Virus record (IMG/VR): IMGVR_UViG_3300045450_000021
Coordinates: 1-44,825 of that record
Source: a virus
Strand: one strand, 5' to 3'
DNA: 44,825 nucleotides
Position 1 is the first letter of the stretch, and each line of letters starts with the position of its first letter. Below are positions 17,525-26,473 of the stretch, piece by piece. The notes beneath the pieces are model-generated. The model saw nothing but the letters and a program-made list of their open reading frames with translations, had not been told where the DNA came from and did not search any database. Both the position numbers and the translations under genes were made by a program.

Positions 17525-17526
17525 GC

Positions 17527-18768
17527 GTGCTCACCGATAAGCGCATCCAGGCCACCATCCGCACGGCCACGGCAGAGGTCACATTGAAGGACAGCGACGG
17601 CACCCGTGGCGCGGGCATGCTGGCGCTCAGGGTTCGCCCCGGAACCGGCGGCACCCGAGCCACCTGGATGGCCACCTGGAAACGGGACGGAAAGCGAGGC
17701 AGCAAGGCGCTGGGCAACTACCCTGAGTTGTCCCTTGCCGAGGCGCGCGAGAAGTTCGCGGATGAGGTCCGACCGCTAATCCAGGCGGGCAAGGCCCCCA
17801 GCGAGGTGGCGTCGGGCGAGAAGGGCGCGACGGTCGAAGCCCTGGCCCTGGCTTACATCGAGAGCCTGCGGACGAATGGTAAGACCAAGGCCGATGAGTA
17901 CCAGCGCACCCTGCTGACGGGTAAGTACCCTGTCTGTGGTCTCCTGGGGCTGAACCGGCTGGCGAAGGACATCGAGCCCGACGACGTGGCGCGGGCGCTC
18001 AAGATGACCGACCTACGGGGAGCCAGGCGCCAGGCCGACGTGGAGCGCACCATCTTGGTTGCCATGTTCAACTATGGAATCCGGTCCACGCACGACTACC
18101 GAGCCAAGTCCCGCCGTGATTGGGGCATCAAGGTGAACCCCGCCGCTGTCATTCCGCGCGATACCGGTGCCGTGGTGGCCAGAGAGCGCAACCTGTCAGC
18201 CGAAGAGCTGAAGGCGGTCTGGGACAACGCGCCCGACCAGACTGGCGACGTGCTGCGCCTGATCATCGCCTGTGGCCAGCGGGTGTTCGAAACCATCCAG
18301 GCGGATGGCAAGGACGTGGACCTGGAGTCAGCGCTGTGGACCATGCCGGCAGCCAAAACGAAGATGAAGGCGCGCCCCCATTACGTGCCGCTGCCGCCAC
18401 AGGCTGTGGAGATTTTCCGGCGCCTGAAGGAACTGCACGGGGATGGACCTCTGTTCCCGGCGCGAGCTGGCGCCAAGGGTGTGCGCATAGGCATCCCCAG
18501 TGTCAGCCGTGGCGCCTCGCGCATGTCGTGCTGCGATCCCTTCCAGCCTCGCGACCTGCGCCGCAGCTGGAAGTCCAGGGCTGGTGACGCTGGCGTGGAC
18601 CGGTTCACGCGCGATCTGATCCAGCAGCACGCGCGGAACGACACCGGATCGAAGTTTTACGATCACGCCGACTATCTTCCGCAGATGCGCGAGGCCATGC
18701 AGAAGTGGAGCGAGTGGCTTGCGAAAGCCCTGGCCGGAAAGCAGTTGCAGGAGTTGGAGGCGGCTTGA
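17527..18768 (+). CDS. int: Tyrosine integrase, P4-type (DUF4102-like N-terminus)
   Basis: GTG start with an AGGAGA RBS. N-terminal LKDSDGTRGAGMLALRVRPGTGG...W.ATWKRDGKR. C-terminal DLRRSWKSRA...QQHARND...YDH catalytic-region pattern. Confidence 0.85.
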   Translation: MLTDKRIQATIRTATAEVTLKDSDGTRGAGMLALRVRPGTGGTRATWMATWKRDGKRGSKALGNYPELSLAEAREKFADEVRPLIQAGKAPSEVASGEKGATVEALALAYIESLRTNGKTKADEYQRTLLTGKYPVCGLLGLNRLAKDIEPDDVARALKMTDLRGARRQADVERTILVAMFNYGIRSTHDYRAKSRRDWGIKVNPAAVIPRDTGAVVARERNLSAEELKAVWDNAPDQTGDVLRLIIACGQRVFETIQADGKDVDLESALWTMPAAKTKMKARPHYVPLPPQAVEIFRRLKELHGDGPLFPARAGAKGVRIGIPSVSRGASRMSCCDPFQPRDLRRSWKSRAGDAGVDRFTRDLIQQHARNDTGSKFYDHADYLPQMREAMQKWSEWLAKALAGKQLQELEAA

Positions 18769-18802
18769 TATAGTTAACCCGCAGAGATGCTGGAGGCGGG
18801 CC

Positions 18803-18949
18803 ATGCTGATATTCGTGCTTGCCCTCTACTTCGTGAGGGATTTGCCAGAGTCCTTCAGGTTGAAAGCTGATTTGGCTGAGATGCCAAAACCATCTTCAGC
18901 GCCGTTTGGCGCAGAGGTAGACCCAGGGAAATGGACCCTGCAAGTCTAA
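18803..18949 (+). CDS. Small hydrophobic-N-terminus protein (48 aa), possible moron
   Basis: GGAGG RBS 6 nt upstream of the ATG. Lower GC than the flanks. Followed by a terminator. Confidence 0.4.
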   Translation: MLIFVLALYFVRDLPESFRLKADLAEMPKPSSAPFGAEVDPGKWTLQV

Positions 18950-18971
18950 TGATCTGGCACAATTCTGATCA

Positions 18972-18996
18972 AACCCGCTTCGGCGGGTTTTCTTTT
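18972..18996 (+). terminator. Rho-independent terminator (int-side transcripts)
   Basis: AACCCGC-TTCG-GCGGGTT followed by TTCTTTT. Confidence 0.75.
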
Positions 18997-19000
18997 GCCC

Positions 19001-19027
19001 ATAAGAAAGCCCGCCGAGTGGCGGGCT
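19001..19027 (-). terminator. Rho-independent terminator of the leftward operon
   Basis: On the minus strand: AGCCCGCC-ACTC-GGCGGGCT followed by TTCTTAT. Confidence 0.7.
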
Positions 19028-19034
19028 GTTCTAG

Positions 19035-19220
19035 TTAGTGGTGGTAGTCGAGCATTTCTTTCTTGGCTTGATTATAAGCCTCCCTGGCATCTCGCGTTTT
19101 GTCCATCGCATCGATAAGTGCCTGATTGGCTTCCTGTTCGATCTTGTGAGCCTCTTGCAGGCGTTCATGCGCAACCCGAAGGCTGGAACTCAGGGATTGT
19201 AGCTTTTGGGAATGGTTCAT
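19035..19220 (-). CDS. Small coiled-coil protein (61 aa), unknown function
   Basis: ORF at the distal end of the leftward operon. Heptad-like sequence. Confidence 0.5.
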   Translation of the reverse strand: MNHSQKLQSLSSSLRVAHERLQEAHKIEQEANQALIDAMDKTRDAREAYNQAKKEMLDYHH

Positions 19221-19228
19221 GGCGCCTC

Positions 19229-19702
19229 CTAGAAAGGTATGTCGTCTGAGTAATCGTCAGCCTGTTGCTGCGGCTTCGGCTGGTGGGTGTTCGGCGCCGC
19301 CGACCCGCTGGAGCGGTAGCCCTCGCGCTGGTTGGACTGCTGGCGCGGGGCCTGCTGCTGGCGCTGGCTGTTGTCGTTGGAGCCCTCCGGGCGACCGCCC
19401 ACCAGCTCAATGTCGCTGACGGTGCCGCAAAGGCTGGTCACCTTGCCGTTGTTGCCGTCGAATTCTTCCAGGTGAACGTCACGCAGCACCACGGTGACCT
19501 GCTGCCCCTTCAGCAGGTACGGCTGGAGCGCTTCAGCCTGCTTGCCCCAGAGCGTGCAGCGGACCCACTGTGTCGGCCGATTGCCGGCCTGGTCCTTGCG
19601 CCCGTAGTTGAACGCCACGTTGAAGTTGGAGACGGCGTCGCCGCCCTGAGTGTTGCGAAGCTCTGCATCTCTGCCCAGGCGGGCGGTTCCGGTAAGGATC
19701 AT
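19229..19702 (-). CDS. ssb: Single-stranded DNA-binding protein
   Basis: OB-fold N-terminus (RLGRDAELRNTQGG...WVRCTLWGKQAE), Gln/Pro-rich linker, acidic tip DDIPF. Confidence 0.9.
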   Translation of the reverse strand: MILTGTARLGRDAELRNTQGGDAVSNFNVAFNYGRKDQAGNRPTQWVRCTLWGKQAEALQPYLLKGQQVTVVLRDVHLEEFDGNNGKVTSLCGTVSDIELVGGRPEGSNDNSQRQQQAPRQQSNQREGYRSSGSAAPNTHQPKPQQQADDYSDDIPF

Positions 19703-19714
19703 GGTCTGGTTCTC

Positions 19715-19918
19715 TTAGTGGCGCTGCATGCGCAGCCGGTGTTCATGGTCGGCACTGCAATCGGCGTTGCAGAACATCTTGCCGGTTTCGATGGTGTCCA
19801 GGCAGTTGTGGCAGCGGCCTACGGGCTTCAGCTCGCGGGACTTCAGCAGGGCTGCCTGGATGGACTGCTGGCGGTGAAGCTCTTCCAGCTCGCTGGCGCG
19901 GTCGAATTGGTCAGCCAT
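19715..19918 (-). CDS. TraR/DksA-family C4 zinc-finger protein
   Basis: MADQFDRASELEELHRQQSIQAAL...CHNCLDTIETGKMFCNADCSADHEHR. The internal ATG at 19918 is preferred. Confidence 0.65.
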   Translation of the reverse strand: MADQFDRASELEELHRQQSIQAALLKSRELKPVGRCHNCLDTIETGKMFCNADCSADHEHRLRMQRH

Positions 19919-20564
19919 GGGTTTGATTCCTGTAGGCGACGACATCAATCGGAGAGATGCCGCGATGCAGCCACTTGGCGCCACCGGCACGCCAGCCAGT
20001 CAGAATATCACCATCCCGCGTCATGACCTGAAGCAGCGGCCCTGGAACGAACGGGCATTGGTCATGGCCATCCCATTCAGTCCATGCCGACTGATGCGAT
20101 TTGCCTGGGTGCTCCTGGCAGGCCAGGGGCTGCCCATCCACCGTGCTGCCGCAGGTGCAGATTCGAACGCCAAAAACTTCACCGTTCGCTCCAATCCCTT
20201 GCTGAGACGGGCATCCTGGCTGGTGATTGTTTGGAGAAGAACCACAAGCCAGGCATGAGATAACCATTTCAGGAAGGGCCTCGCCGCTGCCATCGCCGGT
20301 AATTTCCTGCACAGGCAGCCGCTCTTCCACCAGGCGCGCATAACCCTGGATGTCGTGCCAGTTGTCGGCATAGTCCGGGTCGCCGGACAGGATGCGCGCG
20401 ATCTTGTCGGCGATGACCGTAAGCGCCTGGCGCTGGGAGTCGTTCAGCCGCTCCCAGCCTTCGGTGCAGCGCATGTCGTCTTGCAGCGCCTGGGCGATCC
20501 GGGCATGTACTGAGAAGTCGCCGTAGCGGCTTCCCCTTTCGTTCAGCGTATCTTGGATGTTCAT
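19911..20564 (-). CDS. Hypothetical protein with a DUF6378-like N-terminus and a Cys-rich C-terminus
   Basis: Start MNIQDTLNERGSRYGDF, in an ATGA overlap with the upstream gene. Function unknown. Confidence 0.6.
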   Translation of the reverse strand: MNIQDTLNERGSRYGDFSVHARIAQALQDDMRCTEGWERLNDSQRQALTVIADKIARILSGDPDYADNWHDIQGYARLVEERLPVQEITGDGSGEALPEMVISCLACGSSPNNHQPGCPSQQGIGANGEVFGVRICTCGSTVDGQPLACQEHPGKSHQSAWTEWDGHDQCPFVPGPLLQVMTRDGDILTGWRAGGAKWLHRGISPIDVVAYRNQTHG

Positions 20565-20782
20565 TCGGTCTTGGTCTCTGGTTCGTTGTCGTTGTCGCCC
20601 TTCAGGTTGCGCGCTTCCCACGCTTCCACCTTGCTGAGCGGATACCGCACGCTGCTGCCGAACTTGGCGTAGCCGGGGCCTTTGCCCTTGCTGCGCCAGT
20701 TCGCCAGGGTGCCCACCGTTACGGCGCCATCCCAGCGCTTCGCGAGTTCGGCGGGCGTGAGGTACTTGGCAGGCTGTCCCAT
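20561..20782 (-). CDS. Helix-turn-helix protein (AlpA/excisionase-like)
   Basis: YLTPAELAKRWDGAVTVGTLANWRSKGKGPGYAKFGSSVRYPLSKVEAW resembles a MerR-superfamily Xis/AlpA fold. Confidence 0.65.
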   Translation of the reverse strand: MGQPAKYLTPAELAKRWDGAVTVGTLANWRSKGKGPGYAKFGSSVRYPLSKVEAWEARNLKGDNDNEPETKTE

Positions 20783-20793
20783 GGTCAGGGTCC

Positions 20794-21768
20794 TTATGCG
20801 TTGGTGCCGAGAACTTCGGCGTTCAGGTCTTCCAGGTCGCCCGCGTCATCGCTGGTGCGCGACTGGTCGAAGGCTTCGGCCGACCGCTTCAGGTCATCGG
20901 GACAGGTTCCGTTGGGGCTGATGGCCTTGCGCATCTTGGCAGGCAGACCCTTCCAGGCAGCCACCAGCGCATCCATGCCGGCTTCACAGGCCATCTGGAG
21001 CGTGTCGCGGGCGCGCTGCACTTCGGCATCCAGCTGCCGGCCGCCGTCCACCCAGTCGCGCAGCTGCTTGCCGTGCTGGTGGGCCAGGTGGCCTTCCGCC
21101 CACTCGCCAGTGGCGCCGAAGATCGGTTCCAGCTCGCTGGGGCACTTCTGGACTTCGCGCTGCTTGCCGCCGTTCCACATCATCAGGCTGGCGGTCAGTT
21201 CGAAGGTGAAGTTCTTTTCCTGGATCGGCAGGATGCCCTGGGGGACATACTGGGTCTTGCCGTCCACCTTCTCCAGCTTCACCTTCTCGCGGGCACGCAT
21301 GCAGGCGATGATGTGAACCGGAGACTGGAGCATGGCGTTCATGAACGACTTGTGTTCACGCTTCGCCTTGTTCCATTCCGGGTTCCGGCTGTTTCCAGCA
21401 TGGGCGATGTCTTCGCAGCCGCCCTGGCCTTCCCATTCGTGGGACACGCTGTCGATGACCAGCACTTCCACTCCGGCCTGGACGAACGCCTGGATGGCTT
21501 CGATGTAGCGTGCCGGGGAGAACGGCGGGGTCAGGTCGCCAACCTTGAACTTGTGGACCTGGCCATTCGCGTCCACCAAGATGTTGGCATACAGTCGGCC
21601 ACGGCGGTTTTCGGTGCAGAGCAGGCCGACCTTGCTGCTGTCATAGTTGGCCAGGCCCCAGGCAACCTGGAGGGCGGTGTAGGTCTTGCCGCTACCCGAT
21701 ACGCCGCCAATGCCCAGAACCAGCCGTGCGCCTTCCCGTTCTGCGTCTTCGATCTTGAAAATAGCCAT
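20794..21768 (-). CDS. AAA_24/Sak4-like RecA-family ATPase
   Basis: Walker A GVSGSGKT near the N-terminus. Sits in a recombination-module context. Confidence 0.6.
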   Translation of the reverse strand: MAIFKIEDAEREGARLVLGIGGVSGSGKTYTALQVAWGLANYDSSKVGLLCTENRRGRLYANILVDANGQVHKFKVGDLTPPFSPARYIEAIQAFVQAGVEVLVIDSVSHEWEGQGGCEDIAHAGNSRNPEWNKAKREHKSFMNAMLQSPVHIIACMRAREKVKLEKVDGKTQYVPQGILPIQEKNFTFELTASLMMWNGGKQREVQKCPSELEPIFGATGEWAEGHLAHQHGKQLRDWVDGGRQLDAEVQRARDTLQMACEAGMDALVAAWKGLPAKMRKAISPNGTCPDDLKRSAEAFDQSRTSDDAGDLEDLNAEVLGTNA

Positions 21769-21798
21769 ATTCTATTGGTCTCTGTGGTGTAATAGGTT

Positions 21799-22926
21799 TC
21801 AGTTATTGTCCAGCAGGTGCTGGTTCTTGTTGGCGTGCCATCCCGGCATGCTGATCTTCTGGATTTTGTCGCCGTAACCAGGCCAGTTGTCGTTGGCGAC
21901 GCACTCGGCATAGGTGCGCAGATCGGCCTGGTATTGAGCGCGACCCAGCATCAGGGTTTCAGCGTCCAGGGTGTAGACACCCACGGCATACGGCGGCTTT
22001 TTCTCCACCGCGATGAAGACGAACTGGCGCGGCTTGCGGCCGGTGGCCTGGTTGACGCCATCCAGGTAGTAGGCGGCCTGCACGTCATAGCGGTAGTTCG
22101 CAATCGACTTGCTGAAGCCTTCGGGGCTGGCGTCTTCGGTGGTCTTCAGGTCCACCAGCAGGTCATCTTCCCGCCAGTAGTCAGGGCGGCAGCGGCACAG
22201 GGAGCCGGTTACCGCATCGCTCCAGTAGACGGACAGCTCTGCCTTGCCTGGCAGCTTGGACAGCAGCGCGCTGGCAGCCGGATGGGCCATGACCGCTTCA
22301 CGCATGCCGTGGAGCATGTCCCACTGTTCCTGGGTCAGCACAGAGCGGGTGCCGTTGTTGGCCAGCCACTCTGCCTGGACATCGGACCACAGCGTCACCT
22401 CCACGCCATTGGCGCGCAGGATGGCTGCCAGATCGTGGCGGCTGCCGCTGGTGGGGAGTAGGCCGTGGCGGGCCTGGTTCAGACCGTCCAGGATGGCCTT
22501 CAGGTCTGCACCCTTCATGGCGTCGAGCTGCGTAACGTCCAGCTCTTGATGTTCTGGCTTCGCTTCGCGGATGCGTTCCACCAGCTCCGCCTTGCTGCCA
22601 CTGGTGCTGAGCTTCGGCAGGCGGCCTTCGTTCAGCTTGGCGACCATGGCCACCAGCTCTTCGCGGTCATCGATAGCGGCCGGAACATCCTGCCGGCGAA
22701 GACCCAGGCAGTATTGCTTGGTAAACTCGGCCGGTTCCAGGATCAGCGCATGGGCAGCGGTGCCGATGGCCTGGGCGGGTGTCGGCTGGCGATTGTCGTT
22801 CGCGGCAGTCACTACCGCATGGTAGTGCATCGGGCTGCGGTGGATCAGGTCAAGACCTGACTTCGAAATACCCGGACCACCGTGGTATTCGTCGTTGGGG
22901 ATGTTGTCGTAAACGCCTGGTTTCAT
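21799..22926 (-). CDS. PD-(D/E)XK (Cas4/RecE-like) exonuclease with two SAP-like inserts
   Basis: N-terminus GVYDNIPNDEYHGGPGISKSGLDLIHRSPMHYH, and ...DLKTTEDASPEGFSKSI. Inserts KAELVERIREA and RHDLAAILRANG. Confidence 0.65.
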   Translation of the reverse strand: MKPGVYDNIPNDEYHGGPGISKSGLDLIHRSPMHYHAVVTAANDNRQPTPAQAIGTAAHALILEPAEFTKQYCLGLRRQDVPAAIDDREELVAMVAKLNEGRLPKLSTSGSKAELVERIREAKPEHQELDVTQLDAMKGADLKAILDGLNQARHGLLPTSGSRHDLAAILRANGVEVTLWSDVQAEWLANNGTRSVLTQEQWDMLHGMREAVMAHPAASALLSKLPGKAELSVYWSDAVTGSLCRCRPDYWREDDLLVDLKTTEDASPEGFSKSIANYRYDVQAAYYLDGVNQATGRKPRQFVFIAVEKKPPYAVGVYTLDAETLMLGRAQYQADLRTYAECVANDNWPGYGDKIQKISMPGWHANKNQHLLDNN

Positions 22927-22987
22927 GATGGGTAGCCCATTCTTGATTGGTCAGTGAGCCACGGTGATTGGCCGTGAACTGTGGCTA

Positions 22988-23017
22988 ATCTTAGTGAATG
23001 TATTCCTATCCTGTCAA
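22988..23017 (-). promoter_or_regulatory. Predicted leftward early promoter (TTGACA-18-TAAGAT) with a GAATGTATTC dyad in the spacer
   Basis: The minus strand reads TTGACAggataggaatacattcacTAAGAT. The dyad lies at 22996-23005. An AGCCAC...GTGGCT hairpin (22957-22986) lies in the leader. Confidence 0.45.
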
Positions 23018-23228
23018 CAATGTTTCGCGACACCCGTGATGGGCGGATTTCACTTATGTTGGAGTCCACGGCTTGGCGCTTGAGGTGTGCCGCTCACGCT
23101 GCCGTGATCAAGGGGTAACGCTTGTCAGGATTCGGAGTCAAGCGTAAGCAACTCTGATCCACTGGACTGGATCGCGTGAAGCAAATACAATCCAATACAT
23201 CGACAGTGACGCAGCGTGAAGCGCCGTT

Positions 23229-24641
23229 ATGCCAGTGATACTACGCGACTACCAATCAGATCAGATGCAGCGGGTTCGACGCGCCGCAGTGACACACCGC
23301 CGGGTCCTTATCCAGGCGCCCACCGGGGCAGGCAAAACAGCCCTGGCAACCTTCATCGCTGGGGAGACATCGGCCAGGGGGTCTGGCGTGTGGTTCATTT
23401 GCCACCGTGCCGAGCTGGTGGATGGCACCAGCAAGACATTTTCGAAGTTCGGGATTCCTCACGGCTTCATCGCCGCCGGCATGCCCATGAACCTGCGCGC
23501 ACTGGTCCAGGTGTGCAGCATCGACACCCTCAAGAACCGCCTGCAAACCCTTGTACCACCGAAGGTTGCAATCGTTGATGAGTGCCATCACGCGAGCGCC
23601 GCAGGGTGGGCTCTGGTCATCCAATGGCTGGTGTCCAATGGCGCCTGGGTTTTCGGTCTTTCCGCAACCCCGCAACGGTTGGATGGGCAACCACTAAGCG
23701 ACCACTTCGACACCATCGTTCTGGGTCCGACAGTGTCCTGGCTGATGGAGAATGGGCACTTATCCACATACCGGCTTTTCGCTCCGCACATACCCGACAT
23801 GAAGGGAGTGCGCAGGGCCATGGGTGACTTCGCGAAGGGCGAGGCCGCCGAGAAGATGGATAAGCCCAAGCTTACGGGAGACATCGTATCCCACTGGAAG
23901 CAGCGCGCTTCTGGCCTCAGGACCATCGGGTTTGGCGTCAACGTCGCCCACAGCCAGCACCTGGCTGATGCGTTCTGTTCCTCGGGGGTACAGGCTGCCC
24001 ATTTGGACGGCAGCACAGAAAAAGGGCTCCGGCGCCGGATCATTGCGGACTTCGCCACCGGACGCATTCAGGTCCTGTTCAACACGGCGCTTTTTGACGA
24101 GGGCTTCGACCTGTCGGCGGTGGCCGGCACCGATGTCACCATTGATGCGCTGATCGATGCCGGGCCGACCCAGTCGCTGACCAAGGCCATGCAGCGCTGG
24201 GGGCGCACCCTGCGGCCGGCGCCTGGGAAAACCTCCATGATCCTGGACCATGCGGGGAACTGCATGCGCCACGGATTCCCAGACGATGAGCGGGAATGGA
24301 GCCTGGACGGCAAAGAGAAGGGTAAGGCCGCCAACGACAACGCCCCGCCACCGCCGATCATCTGCGAAGGCTGCTTCAACGCCATCAAGCGGCCGGCACC
24401 AGCGGACTGCCCGCACTGCGGCAAGCACCTGCGCAAGGAAGCCAAGCCCATTGAGGTGGCGGCTGGCGACCTGAAGGAAATGGGCGACGACGACAAGGCC
24501 CGCATCCGTCGAGACCGAGCCAAGGAACAGGCAGAGGCTAAGACCCTGGAACAGCTGGTGGCCCTGGGTCAGCGCCGTGGCTATTCGTCCCCGATGGGCT
24601 GGGCGAAAAAGGTTTTTGCAGGCAGAGGCGGCAGGCGATAG
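23229..24641 (+). CDS. Superfamily-2 DEAD/DEAH-box helicase with a C-terminal zinc ribbon
   Basis: LRDYQ, APTGAGKT (Walker A) and DECHH motifs, a helicase-C region, and CEGCFN...CPHCGK. Confidence 0.85.
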   Translation: MPVILRDYQSDQMQRVRRAAVTHRRVLIQAPTGAGKTALATFIAGETSARGSGVWFICHRAELVDGTSKTFSKFGIPHGFIAAGMPMNLRALVQVCSIDTLKNRLQTLVPPKVAIVDECHHASAAGWALVIQWLVSNGAWVFGLSATPQRLDGQPLSDHFDTIVLGPTVSWLMENGHLSTYRLFAPHIPDMKGVRRAMGDFAKGEAAEKMDKPKLTGDIVSHWKQRASGLRTIGFGVNVAHSQHLADAFCSSGVQAAHLDGSTEKGLRRRIIADFATGRIQVLFNTALFDEGFDLSAVAGTDVTIDALIDAGPTQSLTKAMQRWGRTLRPAPGKTSMILDHAGNCMRHGFPDDEREWSLDGKEKGKAANDNAPPPPIICEGCFNAIKRPAPADCPHCGKHLRKEAKPIEVAAGDLKEMGDDDKARIRRDRAKEQAEAKTLEQLVALGQRRGYSSPMGWAKKVFAGRGGRR

Positions 24642-24681
24642 AAATATTCAATTGGTTTTACATTTGTGAAGACGTGAGAAT
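24641..24681 (+). promoter_or_regulatory. Early/middle promoter P-a (GAAATATTCAATTGG...TTGGTT-18-GAGAAT)
   Basis: Directly after the helicase stop. Related to the promoters at 28286 and 32876. Confidence 0.45.
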
Positions 24682-24720
24682 GACTTCACCAACCAATCAC
24701 CAAAAGAGGCAAGGCCCAAA

Positions 24721-25317
24721 ATGACCAGACTCACAAAGGAAATGCGTAGCCAGATCATCGCCAATGCAGTAGAGAAGGCGGGTCTGAACGCCAGGATTGA
24801 AAGGAACACCAGCGAACGCAAGCAGTGGGCAGAAGATGTCCGGCTTGACAGCGTCGGCGGACCAGAGGAAGACAGTCGCCTGCTTGAGCTTCAGAATCAG
24901 ATGGAATCCCTTATCGAATCTGTTCCTAAGGGAATTCGAGGTGGCGTCACGCATTACAAAATTTTCGACACGAACTCGAATATCAACCTGAACCTGGCGG
25001 GGGCAAACCTTCGAATTCGCGTCGATAGTCAAAAGCCTTCCCGGCTGTCTCACGTTATCGCAGCAGACAATCCTCTGGTTCAGCGTTTCTATGACCTTGA
25101 GGATGATACCAGGCTTACCGAGTCCGAGAGAGAACGCATCACCGTCAACGTCCGCGCCGTCATCGAGCAGGCCAACACCATCAAGCAGCTGCTGGAGATG
25201 TGGCCCGAGTGCGTCGAGCTGATGCCAGCAGTGGAAGAACGCAAGGCGACCCTGCCAACCGTGAAGGTGGCCGACCTGAACGCACTGGTGGGGCTGCCCA
25301 CCGACGCGATGAAATGA
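24721..25317 (+). CDS. Hypothetical protein (198 aa)
   Basis: AAGAGG RBS. Lower-GC 5' half. No motif I can name with confidence. Confidence 0.6.
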   Translation: MTRLTKEMRSQIIANAVEKAGLNARIERNTSERKQWAEDVRLDSVGGPEEDSRLLELQNQMESLIESVPKGIRGGVTHYKIFDTNSNINLNLAGANLRIRVDSQKPSRLSHVIAADNPLVQRFYDLEDDTRLTESERERITVNVRAVIEQANTIKQLLEMWPECVELMPAVEERKATLPTVKVADLNALVGLPTDAMK

Positions 25318-25544
25318 AAACCCACTGCCGCTGCCGCAGCTGCCAGGCTCGCAAGGTGCTCAAGCAGCACCCTGACGAGTACCTGAGACAGCCGAAATGC
25401 TGGGGTTGCGGCGCCAGAGACTGGAGGCAGGACAGGTGGATGCAGAACCGCAAGCAGACCACCTGCCACGCCGATTGCTACCACTTCCCGCACCGGATGG
25501 GTTCCGCCGAGTGCAAATTCACCAAGACAGGCGAGTACAAATGA
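25314..25544 (+). CDS. Cys/His-rich zinc-binding protein (76 aa)
   Basis: MKTHCRCRSCQ...CWGCGA...CHADCYHFPH...C. ATGA-type coupling on both sides. Confidence 0.55.
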   Translation: MKTHCRCRSCQARKVLKQHPDEYLRQPKCWGCGARDWRQDRWMQNRKQTTCHADCYHFPHRMGSAECKFTKTGEYK

Positions 25545-26473
25545 AGAGCTTCAAGGCGATGATCAAGGATGGTGAAATCAAGCGCGCCGACGCGATGAAG
25601 GCGCGCCTGGAAGACCTGCACGAAGAACCCGGCTTCAACCTGCGGGCCGAGGGCGAGGACCTGGAGCAGTCCATCAGCGACTTGGCCGAGTTCATCGCGG
25701 CCGGTGGCCAGATCCCAGCGCTGGAAGTGCGCCCGCGTGCTGAGGGTGGCCTGTGGCTGGTGGACGGCCATCGCAGGTCCCGCGCCCTGCGCAGGCTGGA
25801 TGCTGAAGGCCGCCTGCCTCGCGTCGATGGTGAAGCCTGGGTGGCCATCGTGGCCTTCACCGGGAACGATGCCGACCGCGTCGCCCGCGTCATCACCAGC
25901 CAGGAAGGTCGCAAGCTGTCGCCCCTGGAGCTGGCCGAGGGCTACAAGCGCCTGGCCGCGTTCGGCTGGACCACCGAGCAAATCGGTAAGGCGGTGGGCA
26001 AGACCCGACAGCACGTTGACCAGATGATGGTCCTGGCTGGCGCCAACACCGACGTGCAGCAGATGGTTAAGGCCGGCACCGTGTCGGCCGCTACCGCCGT
26101 CGAGCTGGTCCGCGAGCATGGCGAGGATGCCGGCAAGGTGCTGGCCACCGAGCTGGAGAAGGCCAAGGCGCAGGGAAAGGCGAAGGTAACCGGTGGGACA
26201 ATGAAAGGCCCCAGCGTTCCGCGCAGCCTGCTGGATGACCTGCACGCCGAGTCCACCAAGCTGCACCAGGCGCTGAGCAGCGACGATCACGCCATGCTGG
26301 AAGCCTTCCACCGTGGCAGCATAGACGGCGGCACCATCGCCGTGCCGGTGGAGCGCCTGCTGCACCTCCACCTGGTCCTGGAGGAAGCCCAGCGCGTACT
26401 GGATGAGAAGAACCAGCGAGCCCAGGAGAAGGCGAACAAGGCCAAGCAGCAGGAACTGGAGGTGCAGGCATGA
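25541..26473 (+). CDS. ParB/Srx-like N-terminal-domain protein
   Basis: IPALEVRPRAEGGLWLVDGHRRSRALRRL is a ParB-box-like motif. HTH-like region ELAEGYKRLAAFGWTTEQIGKAVGKTRQHV. Confidence 0.75.
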   Translation: MKSFKAMIKDGEIKRADAMKARLEDLHEEPGFNLRAEGEDLEQSISDLAEFIAAGGQIPALEVRPRAEGGLWLVDGHRRSRALRRLDAEGRLPRVDGEAWVAIVAFTGNDADRVARVITSQEGRKLSPLELAEGYKRLAAFGWTTEQIGKAVGKTRQHVDQMMVLAGANTDVQQMVKAGTVSAATAVELVREHGEDAGKVLATELEKAKAQGKAKVTGGTMKGPSVPRSLLDDLHAESTKLHQALSSDDHAMLEAFHRGSIDGGTIAVPVERLLHLHLVLEEAQRVLDEKNQRAQEKANKAKQQELEVQA

